64,000 nt of DNA from Eledone cirrhosa (taxonomy: Eukaryota). Each line of letters opens with the position of its first letter. Within the stretch, counting starts at the first letter, position 1. Positions 36,436-49,847 of this stretch are shown piece after piece. Both the position numbers and the translations under genes were made by a program. The stretch spans positions 72,602,001-72,666,000 of the forward strand of contig OZ024744.1 of the NCBI GenBank assembly GCA_964016885.1, in the 5' to 3' direction. Under the pieces are notes generated by a model. That model was not told the DNA's origin. It searched no databases and saw nothing but the letters and a program-made list of their open reading frames with translations.

Positions 36436-37569
36436 GTAAGTTGTAATCTTGATAAGCTGGAATATTTTATCTAACCCTGCCATGGTTTATTTGTGGCTTT
36501 CTCTGCCTTCTTCACCATGCTAAACACACACATATATAAAGACTCATATCCGCACGAAAATGGCTGCACTTCAACTTAGTTTTATCCTAATACCACTGAT
36601 ACAAACATAATTAAGATAAGTTATGAATGTTTTAGTTTAGTTTACTTCTAGTTTGCGACTGTTAGTAAGCATGTACCTAATACTTAACTTCATACTAATT
36701 CCAGTTAAATCTATGCTTAGATTTTTTAGTATATAATTTTAGATATGTTGCTAAAAAAATAATTTACCTTTTAGATTTAGTCATCTATTCGTGATGTATG
36801 TTAGCAGGAAAGTCTTTTGTTTTCCTTGTTAATGCAATTTGTTTTTTTATGCTTTTTTAAAAAATCTAACAATGAAAGAAAGGGTTTTTTTAAAAGATAA
36901 TTGATTTTTTTGTCATTTTATTTCAAGATATGAAAAAATTATATACTTTTTATAGTTGGTTAAACTTTCTACAACTAAAAGCTCACATACAATGGTAGAA
37001 AATGTACCTTTTGTCAGCCAAACTGAGATGACCAAAGTAAATTGACCGAACTGTGTTTTGGTCATTTAAAAAATTGTCTTTGTTTTACAAACAAAAATCT
37101 TCTTCTTTGCCCACTTCTTTCTGAGATGGTGCTGAGATGGTGCAGAGTCCTCAAACACTCCTTCCAGCAGGTCCTGTTAGAAGCAACCAGATTGGCACAA
37201 AAACCGAATTAGGACAAAAATGTTGATATTTGAATTGTAATATATAATTGTTTCTAGTTTTGGCACAAGGCCAGCAAATTACCCAGTGTATTACTGGTAC
37301 TTTATTTTATCAACCCCATAAGGATGAAAGGCAAAGTTAACCTCGGCGGGATTTGAACTCAGAATGGCAAGGGCCATTGTAATATATAATGTTGTTTTAT
37401 ATAATGTACCCAGCTAAATTTTGAAGTTATCTCAGAATATACTACAAAAGCTGAAGTCCTACACTTTATAAACTTATCCAATGCATATTGTGAAAAAAAT
37501 GCAAGTCACTCCTGGAAGTCAACTTACGAGACCCATTCATTACGATATTTCTAATGAAATAGATCACCT

Positions 37570-37925
37570 GTTGTTATATTTGGGGAGGGTCATGCCAGAA
37601 AAATATAGTAAAACACACTCACTGTTTGGTTTGGTTTCCACTTCAGTATATCTTTATATTTCTATAAATAATTTAGCTGGCATGATTGATCAACAGTTAA
37701 AAATATAAATATAGTTTCTCAGAGTTCTTTCGTCACTCATATCTGTGACATCTTCAGTGATTATCATCTTTCTATGTTTCCTCCTGTTGTGTTCCTATAA
37801 TATTTTCTTATTTTATTTATTTATTCATTGTTGTCTCTGTTTGCACATGGTCCTCCCCAAATATAACAATGTTTGTTTCAACACACGTTTTCATATGAAA
37901 AAAAACTTGCAAAACAAATTCATCG
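37570..37925 (-). mobile_element. Older PLE pLTR relative with an inverted tail
   Basis: Similar to 8516-8790 (TGTTATATTTGGGAGGGTCA...). Right end CCCAAATATAACAATGTTTGTTTCAACACACG...CTTGCAAAACAAATTCA matches the PLE tail. Confidence 0.75.
37719..37760 (-). ncRNA. Minimal type I hammerhead ribozyme, same family as 8146-8190
   Basis: Minus strand reads TCA-CTGAAGA-T-GTCAC(AGATATGA)GTGAC-GAAA-GAAC-TC-TGA; stem I is short. Confidence 0.65.
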
Positions 37926-38156
37926 CCACTGCATCACCTGTATTTTTCAATTAATTTTGTAAATATTCAACAATTTAAAGGGATTTAGTAAAATAACTAA
38001 CTATATTATTAAGTTAGTACATAGCTTAGCAAATATTTTCTTCCATAACATTATTTTTTATATAAATATGAATAGTTTAAAATAAGAATTAGGGCAGTTT
38101 TTGGTGGGTTATTATCAATAGGGTTAAGTTATCCCCCTTTTTTCTGCTGATTAGAC

Positions 38157-38375
38157 CAGGCATGTCAAACTGAGGGTCTCCCGAGGGCCACATGGGTCAC
38201 ATATGTGTTGTCCGATGGCCACGCATGACAACTAATTGCACACATTATAACTAATATTTTTGATGTTATATTACGAAGATAAAACATGCTCACGCTGTAA
38301 AAACCTTTGTGTAGGCCACAGGTGTGCTCGTAAAGGGCCGCATGCGGCCAGTGGGCCCCATGTTTGGCATGTCTG
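38157..38375 (+). mobile_element. hAT/Charlie-type MITE
   Basis: TIRs CAGGCATGTCAAAC / GTTTGGCATGTCTG and 8-bp TSD-like flanks GATTAGAC / GTTTAGAC. Confidence 0.8.
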
Positions 38376-39119
38376 GTTTAGACAAATGCTTTTGACTCCT
38401 TCTCCTATGCAAAGTTTTGTGAAATAGGTGGAGGTGGTGACATACTTATAGCAGCAACAATGGCATACAATGACTAAAACTTTGTTACCTCCAATCATCC
38501 CGGTCTCCTTAATATGTGATTATCCTATTTAATACTAACCCAGCCAAAACCAGATCTGCTTCTATGAAACAAAACCACCCATTTTAATGAGGTCCTGTTT
38601 AATATTAAATCTTTCAACATAATTTTATATATGAAACATTAAGTTACTATCTTGATAATGAAAACAATTAATAATTTTAATAAATTTCTTCAAAATTTTT
38701 CATTAATTAATTGTAATAAAGGGTATTTCATTAGAAATATGGTTATAAAAGTGTTAAATATCTCACTCTGAAGATCATGTGTACATGGATGTGGAACATC
38801 TTCATGCTAAACAAAACCATGTACAGGTATCTCCCAAATTCTCATATCTGTGGGACAATCATCCTCAACCTTGACAGATCAGACTGTTGATAATGTCATG
38901 TTATAAATGTACATATATATATATATCGAGACAGACAAACTATATTTATTTTAATTAGTTTATTTCATTCTAGCTAACTTCGTCTTTTGCAATACAAACA
39001 CTTATGTGTTTATCATATATTAATTTATATTAACTTGTATTTCACGGCTCAGAAATGCTTCTTTCTTTGAGCTAATTAATTGTAAATGACTTTTTGAGTT
39101 TAAAACTCTAAATATAATA

Positions 39120-39160
<41 letters not shown>

Positions 39161-39767
39161 TATTGCAAATACTCTCGAAGTCCTAGGGTAATTAGTTTTG
39201 TCGGCTAAGTCTGTCGCAAATAACATTCCCATGATCTGCTGCCTTTTCTTGACCACTAGGTGAACATATATGCGATGTAGAATTAAGTTGAATTCATAAC
39301 TTAATGGCAAACAAAATGGCAAGATAATGAAGCAGTACATTGGAGTTAAAGCTAATGTGAGTGTGTGTCCGTGACACACATATACACATACACCAGGTCC
39401 GAACACAAACGAACCAAACTCTCTCTGTCTCCGTCTCTCCCACTCTTCTCCATCTCTCACTATTATGAGCAAATGGGGGCCCACGTAGTGGCTGCCCTGT
39501 GACCCTGGTGTACAGAATAGAGAAGCCATTTCCCCAGAGGATGGTGTGGGGGACGTGCTGGATTACGAGGTTCGCAACTGTGGGTGGCAAACTCTGTGAC
39601 GATGGTTGTGAGTAGGGAGGTGGTCCTAGGGCCAAGGACACCAGAAGTCCCTACTGCTACAGGCTCGACCACAAACCTGTTGGAGAGTAACCAATATGGT
39701 GGATAATCATATACTTTATCCACTTAGCCACCTTAAATTCACAACCACCAATAGATAATACTTTTGC

Positions 39768-39799
<32 letters not shown>

Positions 39800-40137
39800 G
39801 TTCCCACCAGTTTGTTTTTTAAAGAATGATAATTTTGTTGGCTTACATTATTGACAATAGCTTTCTGTTGATTGCTTTTCTTTATGTTTTGTGTCTGAAA
39901 GCATGAATCTTTCTTTAACATGCTCACTTTATTTTAGTTCATAAGAAGTTAGGTACGCTTTCTAACAAAGATAGATTTTATCTACCCACTGTTAAACTTT
40001 CAACACCTCCAGCCATTGAACTCCTCCCATACCACAATGACATATTTTCTTTTAAGCACAAGTAAGTATCTCTAAAGACAAGTATATCAACCAAGCACTA
40101 ACATGTATATGTGGGTGTATATATATGTTATATAATA

Positions 40138-40169
40138 TACACACACACACACACACACACACAGACACA

Positions 40170-40228
<59 letters not shown>
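40138..40228. repeat. (CA)n microsatellite
   Basis: Directly visible. Confidence 0.95.
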
Positions 40229-40229
<1 letters not shown>

Positions 40230-40659
40230 ATTATCATCATAAGTGATAATGATGATTCCGATGTTATACGTACATACACATACATACATGCATGCACACA
40301 CACACACACACACGCATATATATATATATATACATACACACATATATATTTATTTATACACTTTCACACTCACTAAATATGTGGATTGCGTCATATGTAG
40401 GCCCACTGACAGAACTCAAACTACCCACACGCTCATATATAGCTTTACATATAATTATACACACACAGACACATACACATAGACACATACACATATATAT
40501 ATATATGAGAGTTAGGGAGAGAGAGTTTGACTCTAGTTGTTGAAACGGCCGGAGCTCAGCCATCAGGTTCCTGAAATTTTCATCTTACCTACTCAACTAC
40601 CACAAGTATTGAGTACTCTGGCGAATAATGGTCTAACTGGTTTTTATTGCTTCCATTCT

Positions 40660-40695
<36 letters not shown>

Positions 40696-41861
40696 TACAC
40701 ATGCATGCACACATGTATATAATAGTACAACACAATTAGTACCAAATCATTATTTCAAGTATTCTGTAGGAGGTGTGCATTACAAGGTATATCAAATCTA
40801 ACACTGGCTCTGGAGGTGAACTTATGCACCAGTTACAAAATCACCATATCATCATTTGAAACAAATATCAACTTCCTTTCCAGTATGATAAGCGTCCCAG
40901 GGTTCCTGCCCTTAGTGAAAACTTTTAGTAAAACCATGCAATTCTATCATGTTGGTGACACGATAAAAAGGCACCCTATCCACCCTGTTTGGTGGTCATT
41001 CCGGTGCCATGATATAAAGCACCCTGTAATGTAGTTGGCATTAGGAAGGGCATCCAAGCCAAAAAAACAGATTTGTATAAGCACGATATGGTTACCTGAT
41101 TTTTCTGATAATGTGAGAACCTGTTTAATTTATGCAAGTGTGGAAAATAGATGTTAAACAGTGATGATGATAGGTAAATAAGATAGAAGGAAAATAAAGT
41201 TTATTTCGATAACAAGTGAATATTATAAAATATACATGAGGGATGTACTAATACTTCACTGTTTAAAAAAATAAATGTGTTCATATTTAGGGTATAATGT
41301 GGGCAACATCACCAGGCCAATCACATCAGTTGTTGGGTCACGAGTGCTTAAACTATACGGTCATATCAAAAGATCAACTGAATGGTGTAAGTTATGCCTA
41401 GAAGTAAAGTTGACTGGTAAGAGAAGCAGAGGTTGGCAGCCAAAACAATAGCTTGAAAATGTCAATCTATGGACCGGACTTGACTGTTGTTCTTTAAACT
41501 CTGCTGTTGGTGATCGAACTTTGTGGAGAAAAAAAGTCTGCAATTGGCGGAGTTTAGCGTCTGGATGATGTGGTTAATATGGTACTATATGGTCGATAAG
41601 TAGAGAGAAAGTAATAGTAAAATATGGTCCCTGAGTCTTAGAATGAGGTGAAAGAGTAGGTCTTAGGGACTTGTTATATCTGGTATATTATGTTGATGTC
41701 ATAATAAAATATACTGTAATGTATTTGATGAATGAACAATGACAATGTAGGGAAAAGAGGAAGCTTTAGCCTTGTTGAGGACTTTACAACCTCTTTAGTG
41801 TTGGTGTCATGATAAAATGGACCCAGTACATTCTGAAAAGTGGCTATCTATTCAACTGGGA

Positions 41862-42460
41862 CAATATAGGTGATCAGATTAGCATGGGAGGGGGTGTTCT
41901 GAAGCCATAGTATCTAGAATAAGGACGGGTTGGAAGAAGTTTAGGGAGCTGCTTCCTCTGTTGACAAAGAAGGGTTTCTCTCTGCGTTCGAAAGGACGTT
42001 TATATGATGCCTGTGTGAGATGCGCGATGCTGCATGGTAGTGAGACATGGGCAGCAACTGCAGAAGATATGCGATGGCTAGAGAGAAATGAAGCAAGTAT
42101 GCTCCATTGGATGTGCAATGTCAATGTGCGTGAACGACCAAGCATAGACGAGTTGAGAAAGAAACTGGGTATAAGAGGGATAAGTTGTAGTGTGCAGGAG
42201 AGAAGGCTGAGATGGTATGGACATGTAATGCGCATGGAGGATGACCGATGGGTAAAGAAGTGCCAAGAAATCCCAGTAGAAGGAAGACGCAGTAGAAGTA
42301 TACCACGAGAAACATGGGCGGAGGTGGTGAGAGCATACCTCAGACCACTGAAACTCACCGAGGAGATGACAAAGGACTGTGACAAGTGGAGAGATGATGT
42401 GTTGAATAGGACCTGTCCAACCCTTGCAAGCAGGGAAAAGCAGACGTAAAATGATGATGA
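41862..42460 (+). pseudogene. 5'-truncated RTE LINE (related subfamily with a very short 3'UTR)
   Basis: RIRTGWKKFRELLPLLTKKGFSL...RRLRWYGHVMRM, then GACGTAAA-(ATG)n right after the ORF. Confidence 0.88.
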
Positions 42461-42572
42461 TATATATATATGAAACACAAATTTAGATAATGTTGAAAAC
42501 CAATACAATGCGTTAGGAAGAACATTAAATCGCCGAGATAACAAAAGAGTCTTACCTTAGCAAATTTAATGA

Positions 42573-42612
42573 TCCCAAATATTTTCGGGTTTAAAAACCC
42601 ATTATCAAGTGA
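42573..42612 (-). ncRNA. Hammerhead-like motif with a U3-A8 core variant (family 5)
   Basis: Minus strand reads TCAC-TTGATAA-T-GGGTT(TTTA)AACCC-GAAA-ATAT-TT-GGGA, with palindromic AATATT and one stem I mismatch. Confidence 0.5.
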
Positions 42613-43119
42613 GTAACCCTATGAGAGACTTAAAAAATCGATTGGATTGACTTGCTTGTTTCGAGAGCAGATTTTCTTATACAGAACTGATTTTGGCTTG
42701 ATTTCTACAGCTGGATGCCCTTCCTAACACGAACCTTATTTACAGTGAGTACTGGGTGCTTTTTTACCATGGCGCCAACACGACCACTTCACAGTGGGGA
42801 CTGGATGCTTTTTTGTCTTGACATCTACACGACTACTTTACAATGGGAGAGGGTGGAGGCATATTGTCTATATGTTTCAGCTTCGGCTTGTACCCGTGGG
42901 AAGTTGGGTCTTCTGTATTACTGCGTAATGCCAGATAATATTAAAAAACGAGTGCATGTATAGTCCTAAAATGAATCATATCAGAGCTGTGCATGGTAGT
43001 GTGGTGACTAGCCCAGCCATGTACAAGAATCTCTCGACCATCATCAAGCAGTCGCACACTCAGTTTCCATTGCTGACGCAGCAGTCTACTGGTGAATGAC
43101 ATAATTATCACTGTCAGAT

Positions 43120-45165
43120 AACACATCTTAGGACTGCTATAGGTGATATGATGTCTCTGAAATGTAGATCTGGAGAAATTGTGGATTTACTTGAGAGAAG
43201 ACAAATAAATGTATGCTGTGTACGAGGGAGATAGAGCAGAACCCCCAACCAGACTCCTCACAAGCAGCATAGATATAAGCTTCTCTAGATAGGAAATGAT
43301 GGGTTAGGTAGAGAAGTGGATAGATAAGGTAATTGAAGAGTGACAGAATCATCAAACATAGTTTAGTCATAAGCAATAGATTAACTCCAATTATCTCTAC
43401 ATATGCACCTCTGCCAGGTCTAAGTAAAGAATAAAAGGACCAATTCTAGGAGGAACTCCTACAGACAACTTCATTTATAGATGACAGAGATCTTATCATC
43501 CTGGCTGGCATCTTCAATGAACATGTTGGCCAGCACCAGGAGGGCCACACTGAAGTATGGGGTGGCTATGGTTATGATGTGAGAAATAAAGAGGGACACA
43601 GGCTCCAGAGAATTCTGTGATGTGAATGAACTAACTATATGCAATACTAATGTCAGGAAGCCAACCAGCCATTTGATCTCCTGCCAATCAGGTGATCACA
43701 CACACCAGATTGGCTTTTTACTTGTGAGAAAATGGGTTAAATAGATGGTTATGAATACCAATGCACCACACAACGTGTGTCAGATATTAGTGGCATCAGA
43801 ATAAGCACAAATAAGAACAAAAAACAGGAAAATCTGGTAGAAGTGAATATAGAAACTAAATGATCTCTCTGTAGATTCAGGAAAGTCATATATGATGCAT
43901 ATGACAAGAGGGAGGAGGAGTTATGATATACTTATGACAGAAGGCAATTGGAAATTCCTATGAGACAATCTACTGTAGGCAGACACAAGATCACCTGGTG
44001 GTGGAACAATGCTGAGGATAGAGCTGTTAAAATCAAGAGACAGATGTGGAAACACTGGAAAAATGAAGGCTGCAAAGATCAGTACCAGGTAGCTAAAAGA
44101 AAAGTTAGACAACAGGTATACTTAGCACACAGATAAAGCTGTCTTGTGATATGAGGTTCAATGACATGAGGTTTTCCAAAGTAGTGTGTTAGGAAAAAGT
44201 GTGTCTGAAATGACATTGGTGCATTTAGTATCACTGGTTCCCAAAAGAAAGAGGCATGGGCTATCATGAGCAGTTGATAGATATTGAGAATGTGTGAAAG
44301 GAAGAGTGATTACTCCTTGTTGATCCAACAGAGAGACCAGCTATCAAAATCGACAGTTATAGGGTCAAAGAAGCAATATAGATGAAAAATTGTAAATCTG
44401 TTGGTCCATCAGAGTTAGTTGCAGAGATGTTGAAATCCTCTGGGGCAGCAAGAGTCAAATCAGTAGCCAGCATAATCAATCAGGTCAAGTTATGACAGAA
44501 AGAGTTTTAGCACAGCTAATTAGGGAAAGAGTCAAATTAGACGAGATGTTGTTTGGTTTCATGCCTTGGAAAAGCACTACAGATACTCTCTTTTTAGTGA
44601 GGCAGTTACAAGAGAAGTTCCCAGCCAAGAATAAGCTGCTATATTTAGCTTTTGTTGATCTAGAAAAGGCCTTTGACAGAGTACCGCAATCTATCTTAAG
44701 AAAATAGGTATAAAAGAATGGCTTGTGAGAGCAGTATAAGCCATGTACAGTGGAGCTGTAAGGAAAGTAAGTGTAGGTAATGAGTTTAGTAAGGAATTCA
44801 AGGTGTAGTCTCCAGCCCAGTTCTGTTTATTATAATTCTCCCGGCCATTATGGAACAGTTTAAGACTGGCTGTTGATAGGAACTTCTAAATGCTGATGAC
44901 CCGGTTCTTACAGCTGAATATGTGGAAATAGAAAGTAGAATCAAAAGGACTAAGAGTAAACTTGGGAAAAAACTAGTCTTAATGAATACAAAAGTAGACA
45001 AGACCACATCCATGAAGGGATTGTGGTCTTTCTCAGTGTTTGAAGAAGTAGGTTTAAACTCTATATGATTTACAAAATGTAAATCTTGGGTACATAAGAG
45101 GCATAGTGGGATAGCAAGTAAACTAACAGAAAAGGTAGACTTTATATGTAGGAGATGCACAAGTA
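43120..45165 (+). pseudogene. Old decayed RTE LINE (endonuclease, RT, PHD remnant)
   Basis: EIVDLLERRQINVCCV, YAPLPG, ITWWWN, LAFVDLEKAFDRVP, KCKSWVHKR, FICRRC, with many lesions. Confidence 0.85.
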
Positions 45166-45252
45166 TATTTGAAAAGAGAAATCAGGTATTCATTGCAGAA
45201 CTTCTTTCATAGAAGTCTTTAGAGGAGCATCATTTAGCCTACTGTAAAATTA

Positions 45253-45981
45253 CTGTATTTGACAGCTTATAAGACACTTTTTTTCCAAAAATATCACAAA
45301 TATTACCCTGCATCTTATAAGGTCAAGGGTCAGTTTGGGTTAGTGGCGAGAGGAGTTCTAGTGATGCAGTGGCCTTTAAATTAAACTGCAAACATCTCCA
45401 CAAATGTAAACAAGATGGCAACTCTTTCCTAATAAAAGCTACAATTTTAATGAATTTTATTATGATGAATAAAATAAATTTGTTTTCACTTTCTTTTGTT
45501 TTAAAAATGTACTCAACATTTCAATAAAAAATACAATGTAGAAAATAAAGTAAATTTATTCTGTCCTGTTTTGAAAATGTACTAAAATATGACTAGAATT
45601 ATGATGTAGAATGATAATAAAAAATACAATTTACAAGCTTTATATCCTTCACCTGACAGTCGTAGTTTAACCCTTTAGCATTTAAAACAGCTGTATCTGG
45701 CCAGAATTCTCTCACCTCTTTTTGTTCAAACCGACTGTAACTGGCCACTCATATTAATGTTAAGGTATTGTTCTCAAAACAAATATCAAAATCCCACAGA
45801 TTCGATATTATGTGAGATAATTGTGTAAGATAAAACCTTTACCTTGAAAATACAATAGTAAATATAGAGTAATGTAAATGCTAAAGGGTTAAACCCATTT
45901 ATTTATTTTATTTTTTTAAATGCCTGTGCAAATTGCAGTGTATTTTATAAGCCCATGTGTCTTATAAGATGTCAAATATGA
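45253..45981 (+). mobile_element. Tc1/pogo(Tigger)-type MITE with a nested piggyBac MITE
   Basis: TA-CTGTATTTGACAGCTTATAAGAC ... GTCTTATAAGATGTCAAATATGA-TA. Confidence 0.7.
45667..45892 (-). mobile_element. piggyBac-type MITE copy (reverse orientation)
   Basis: TTAA-CCCTTTAGCATTTA ... TAAATGCTAAAGGG-TTAA. Confidence 0.88.
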
Positions 45982-46546
45982 TACTTGTAAAGACAAACAA
46001 AGATTTCACTGAATCTCATTCATGTTTATTTTTTGTTTGTTTTTATCAGCATTCAAATTACTGTTTTTTTCAATGGACTGAAACATTTACAGCTTTCACA
46101 TGCAATATTTCATAGCTTTCAACCAGAGCTAAGGCAAACGAAAATAAAGTATAGTTGACACAGAACCAAATTTTTGTGAACACCACTATCGAATTGCCAA
46201 CTAAATGGCCCATTGGTTCTCAACTGGTTGTGCTAAAAACAGAAGAAGGATCTAGAAGCAGTTTACTGTTCTTTTGTTACCACTGCTCAAATTTCATGTG
46301 TAGAGAGGCCTGTAGTAATGTAGGTAAGACTATGTATGTATATATATATATATATATATATATGCAATGTATGTATATATAGATATACATGCATATATAC
46401 ATACATCTATAAATATATATATATATATATAGATATATATACAATCTATGTATATATAGATATATGTGCATATATACATACATCTATAAATATATATATA
46501 TATATAGACATACGTCTATATGTATGTATTCATATATGTATATAAT

Positions 46547-46577
<31 letters not shown>

Positions 46578-49471
46578 ACATACATACATACACGTGTGTG
46601 CTTGTGTGTATATGTATATGGTTGAGTGTTTATATAATTTTTTGTAGCTGTTTTGGAAGCTGGTATGGTTGTGGCTGAACTAATAGCTTCAGAATAAGAA
46701 CTCAATGCTGGAACTTTGGTAGTTGTTTTCATTTTGTACTTTGAGCTGTTCATTAAGAAGGAATAAATAATTTGTGTATGTGTGTGTGTGTGTATTTGCA
46801 CATATAGATAGATATACATACATATATGCACACATACATATATATATATACATATGCACACATACATATATACATACAACAAAAAAGCACCCAGTCCACA
46901 CTGTAAATGAGGTTGGTGTTAGGAAGGGCATCCAGCTGTAGGAATCAAGTGCAAATCAGTTCTATATGAGCAAGACAACCCGTCTAACCCATGCTTACAT
47001 GGAAGAATGGATGTAAAACTGTGATGATGATGATATACATACATACATACATATGCATATGCACATAGATACTTATGTATGTATGTAGGTAGGTATGTAT
47101 ATAAACAGACAAAAGAAACTATCAGCAATTAGGTCATAATTTATTCTTGCATTTCATTTGGCGTTAATTTGAGCTTTTGAAAATGTCTCATTCTTGAGTG
47201 GGACAATATAGAAGGTGGTAGTTGCAATAATTCTTTCATAAGTGTTATAATCTCTGATTGCGAGAAATATATTGTTAGAAGATGAGTGTCTGAGTGTGAT
47301 CTGTAAGTCTTGAGAAACAAAAAAAAAAAGGTCCTTGCAGTAAACTTCCTTACCAGAAATGATGTTAGCTGCTAAGGAAAGCAACTTTATCGTATGCTAC
47401 GTTTGTAACTGCTAATAAATCAGTGACTACATGGAATATCGTATTCTGAGTCAGTACTAGATTATTTTCTTATGTCAGGCAATACTATTTTCTTTTTTTT
47501 TTATCATTTTACTTTCTTATACTATATCCCCCTCCCCCAATTTTTTTAATGTCTTTTTCTGTGTCTCATTTTTCATGTATATTTTTTAACTACTTTTTTC
47601 TCCTTTTGTAGCTTATCTCCTCAAAACTGCATTTCCTGATATAATTTCAAAGTTTTTTTTTCCTCTCCTTTCCTCTACTCTACTATTTTGAAACTTAATT
47701 TTTTTTCCAGTTATTTTCATTCATTGCATAATATACTTGAAATATATTCCATTGATCTGTTTTTTTGTTCATTCCCCCCTCCCCCTTTCATAATTAAATT
47801 TTTCTTATAATCTTTCAATATTATGTAACATTTAAATCTGGAATTATTATGAGTAACTCTGTAGCTTCATAGACTCACAAATTCTACCATAACCTTATTT
47901 GAAATATGAAACTCTGACCTCTTTGTCGAATGGAATGGAATTTAAGCTACCTTGCATCATCTTCTTTGACTTTTGGAGTAAAATTCTTTTTGCTGTCGGT
48001 CTCGTCACCAATATTGAAATTAAATATAAGATACTTAATAAAAATATTTCTAATTATTCCCACCACAATTCCCACTATTTATTATACATATGTACCCATT
48101 CCACCCATTACCACATACTTATGGCATACTTCTGTGTGTTACCCCACAATAGGATAAATAGTACTTTCACTCAAGTCAATGACTGGAAAGCTTCTTTGTG
48201 CTGGAACCATGACAAAACGCATCCAGTATACTCTGTTAAATGGTTGGTGTTAAGAAGTGATTCCAGCTGTAGAAACCACACCAAAAAGGTTTGGGAGGAC
48301 TCTCTAGTCACACCACAGCAACCTCTTGATTGCTGGTGTCAAGAAAAATGCACCCAATACATCTTGTAAGGTGATTAAAGATATGAAGAGCACTCAACTG
48401 TAGAAATGTGCCAAAAATCTGTCAAGCGGACTCCTCGTGTCAAAGGCACGGCAACCTCAATAGTGTTGGTGATCTACATGATAAATACACACAGTACACT
48501 TCATAAAGCAATTGGTGTTAGAAAAGACATCCAGCCATAGAAAATTTGCCAAACAAAGGATTAAGAGGAGTCTTCAGAAGTTTCAAAGATATGACCACCT
48601 CTCTAGTGTTGATGCTATGATAAAATGTGTCTGGGGCACTCTGTAGGTTGCAAGAATGTTGTGCGTAAGTGAAATCAAGCCCCTGGCCTGTATAATAAGT
48701 CAGTAGCTCTGATTTAGAACCGACTTGGTCTGTGATACCTCGTCCAAACCTTACAAGCAGTAGAAATAGGCATTAAAGGATGATGATGATGATGATGTAC
48801 AATGAATCAGATTCATAAATACATTTCATACACTGCTAATGTTGAAAATATAATGGATGCCTAGTAAATTACATAATCGTTATAATGATATAGGTCAAAA
48901 GAACTTATAACATTTCATTGTGCTCTTGAGCAATGCACTGAAGATGACTTTCCTTGCATTCAAGCTAATATCAGACATTGATTTCCTATTCTCTGTAAAA
49001 CACAAACAAGGAAGTGTCTTGCAGGGTTATAAGTATTGAGGAATTTGCAGCAATGATCATATTCCTACAATCACCCTTGATTTAATCCATTTGTTACCAT
49101 ATTTCTAATAAAAGACAATGCCTGTGACTTATAAATAATTTTGAAAATAATCAGGAATTTACAATAGTATATATAGAGTAATGTAAATGCCAAAGGGTTA
49201 AGGAAATTGGAAAAATTCTCTTCAAACTATGGTTTTAGATGTTTAATATGTACATAATCAGTTGTTGTTTAGCCCAGATCAATTTAGATAGAGGAAACCT
49301 ATGATCAAATGCCTTCTAGCCATAACCATTCTGTCATTTTTAATGGTATCTAAAACATTATCTAAAGTGTCCTTCCTAAATTTGATATGGCAATGTGTGA
49401 TTTGGAGGAGATTTGGCTATGTTGGAGATATATATATGTGCGTTGAGTGATGCTGTTGATGATATTTTAGA

Positions 49472-49847
49472 GGAGAGGTTTTCAAACTTTTTGGGCCACC
49501 GCCCCTCACAGCCATGTAATACCCTCAGCATCCCCAACCCTATCTCCAGAGAGACCTGCCTACATGCAAATTCTAAATAATATATAATAGATAAAATCGT
49601 TAAGTTATATTTAATTAATAATATATATACTATGTATAAATAAATATGAATTTTTTATTTTATATATTTATATATGATTATATAAATATATATTTATTAT
49701 ATTATATATTTATATATATTATGTATCATTTAATATTCAACATACTATTATATCATCTCTGGTGCTCCCTTAGGCCCCAGCACCCTCTGGACCTTCTCAA
49801 TGCCCACTCTCCCCGGAAGGCAGTAGTACCCGCTTTGAGAATCTTTG
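49472..49847 (+). mobile_element. Degenerate hAT-type MITE
   Basis: AGAGGTTTTCAAAC ... TTTGAGAATCTTTG termini with TTAG-containing flanks. Confidence 0.5.
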
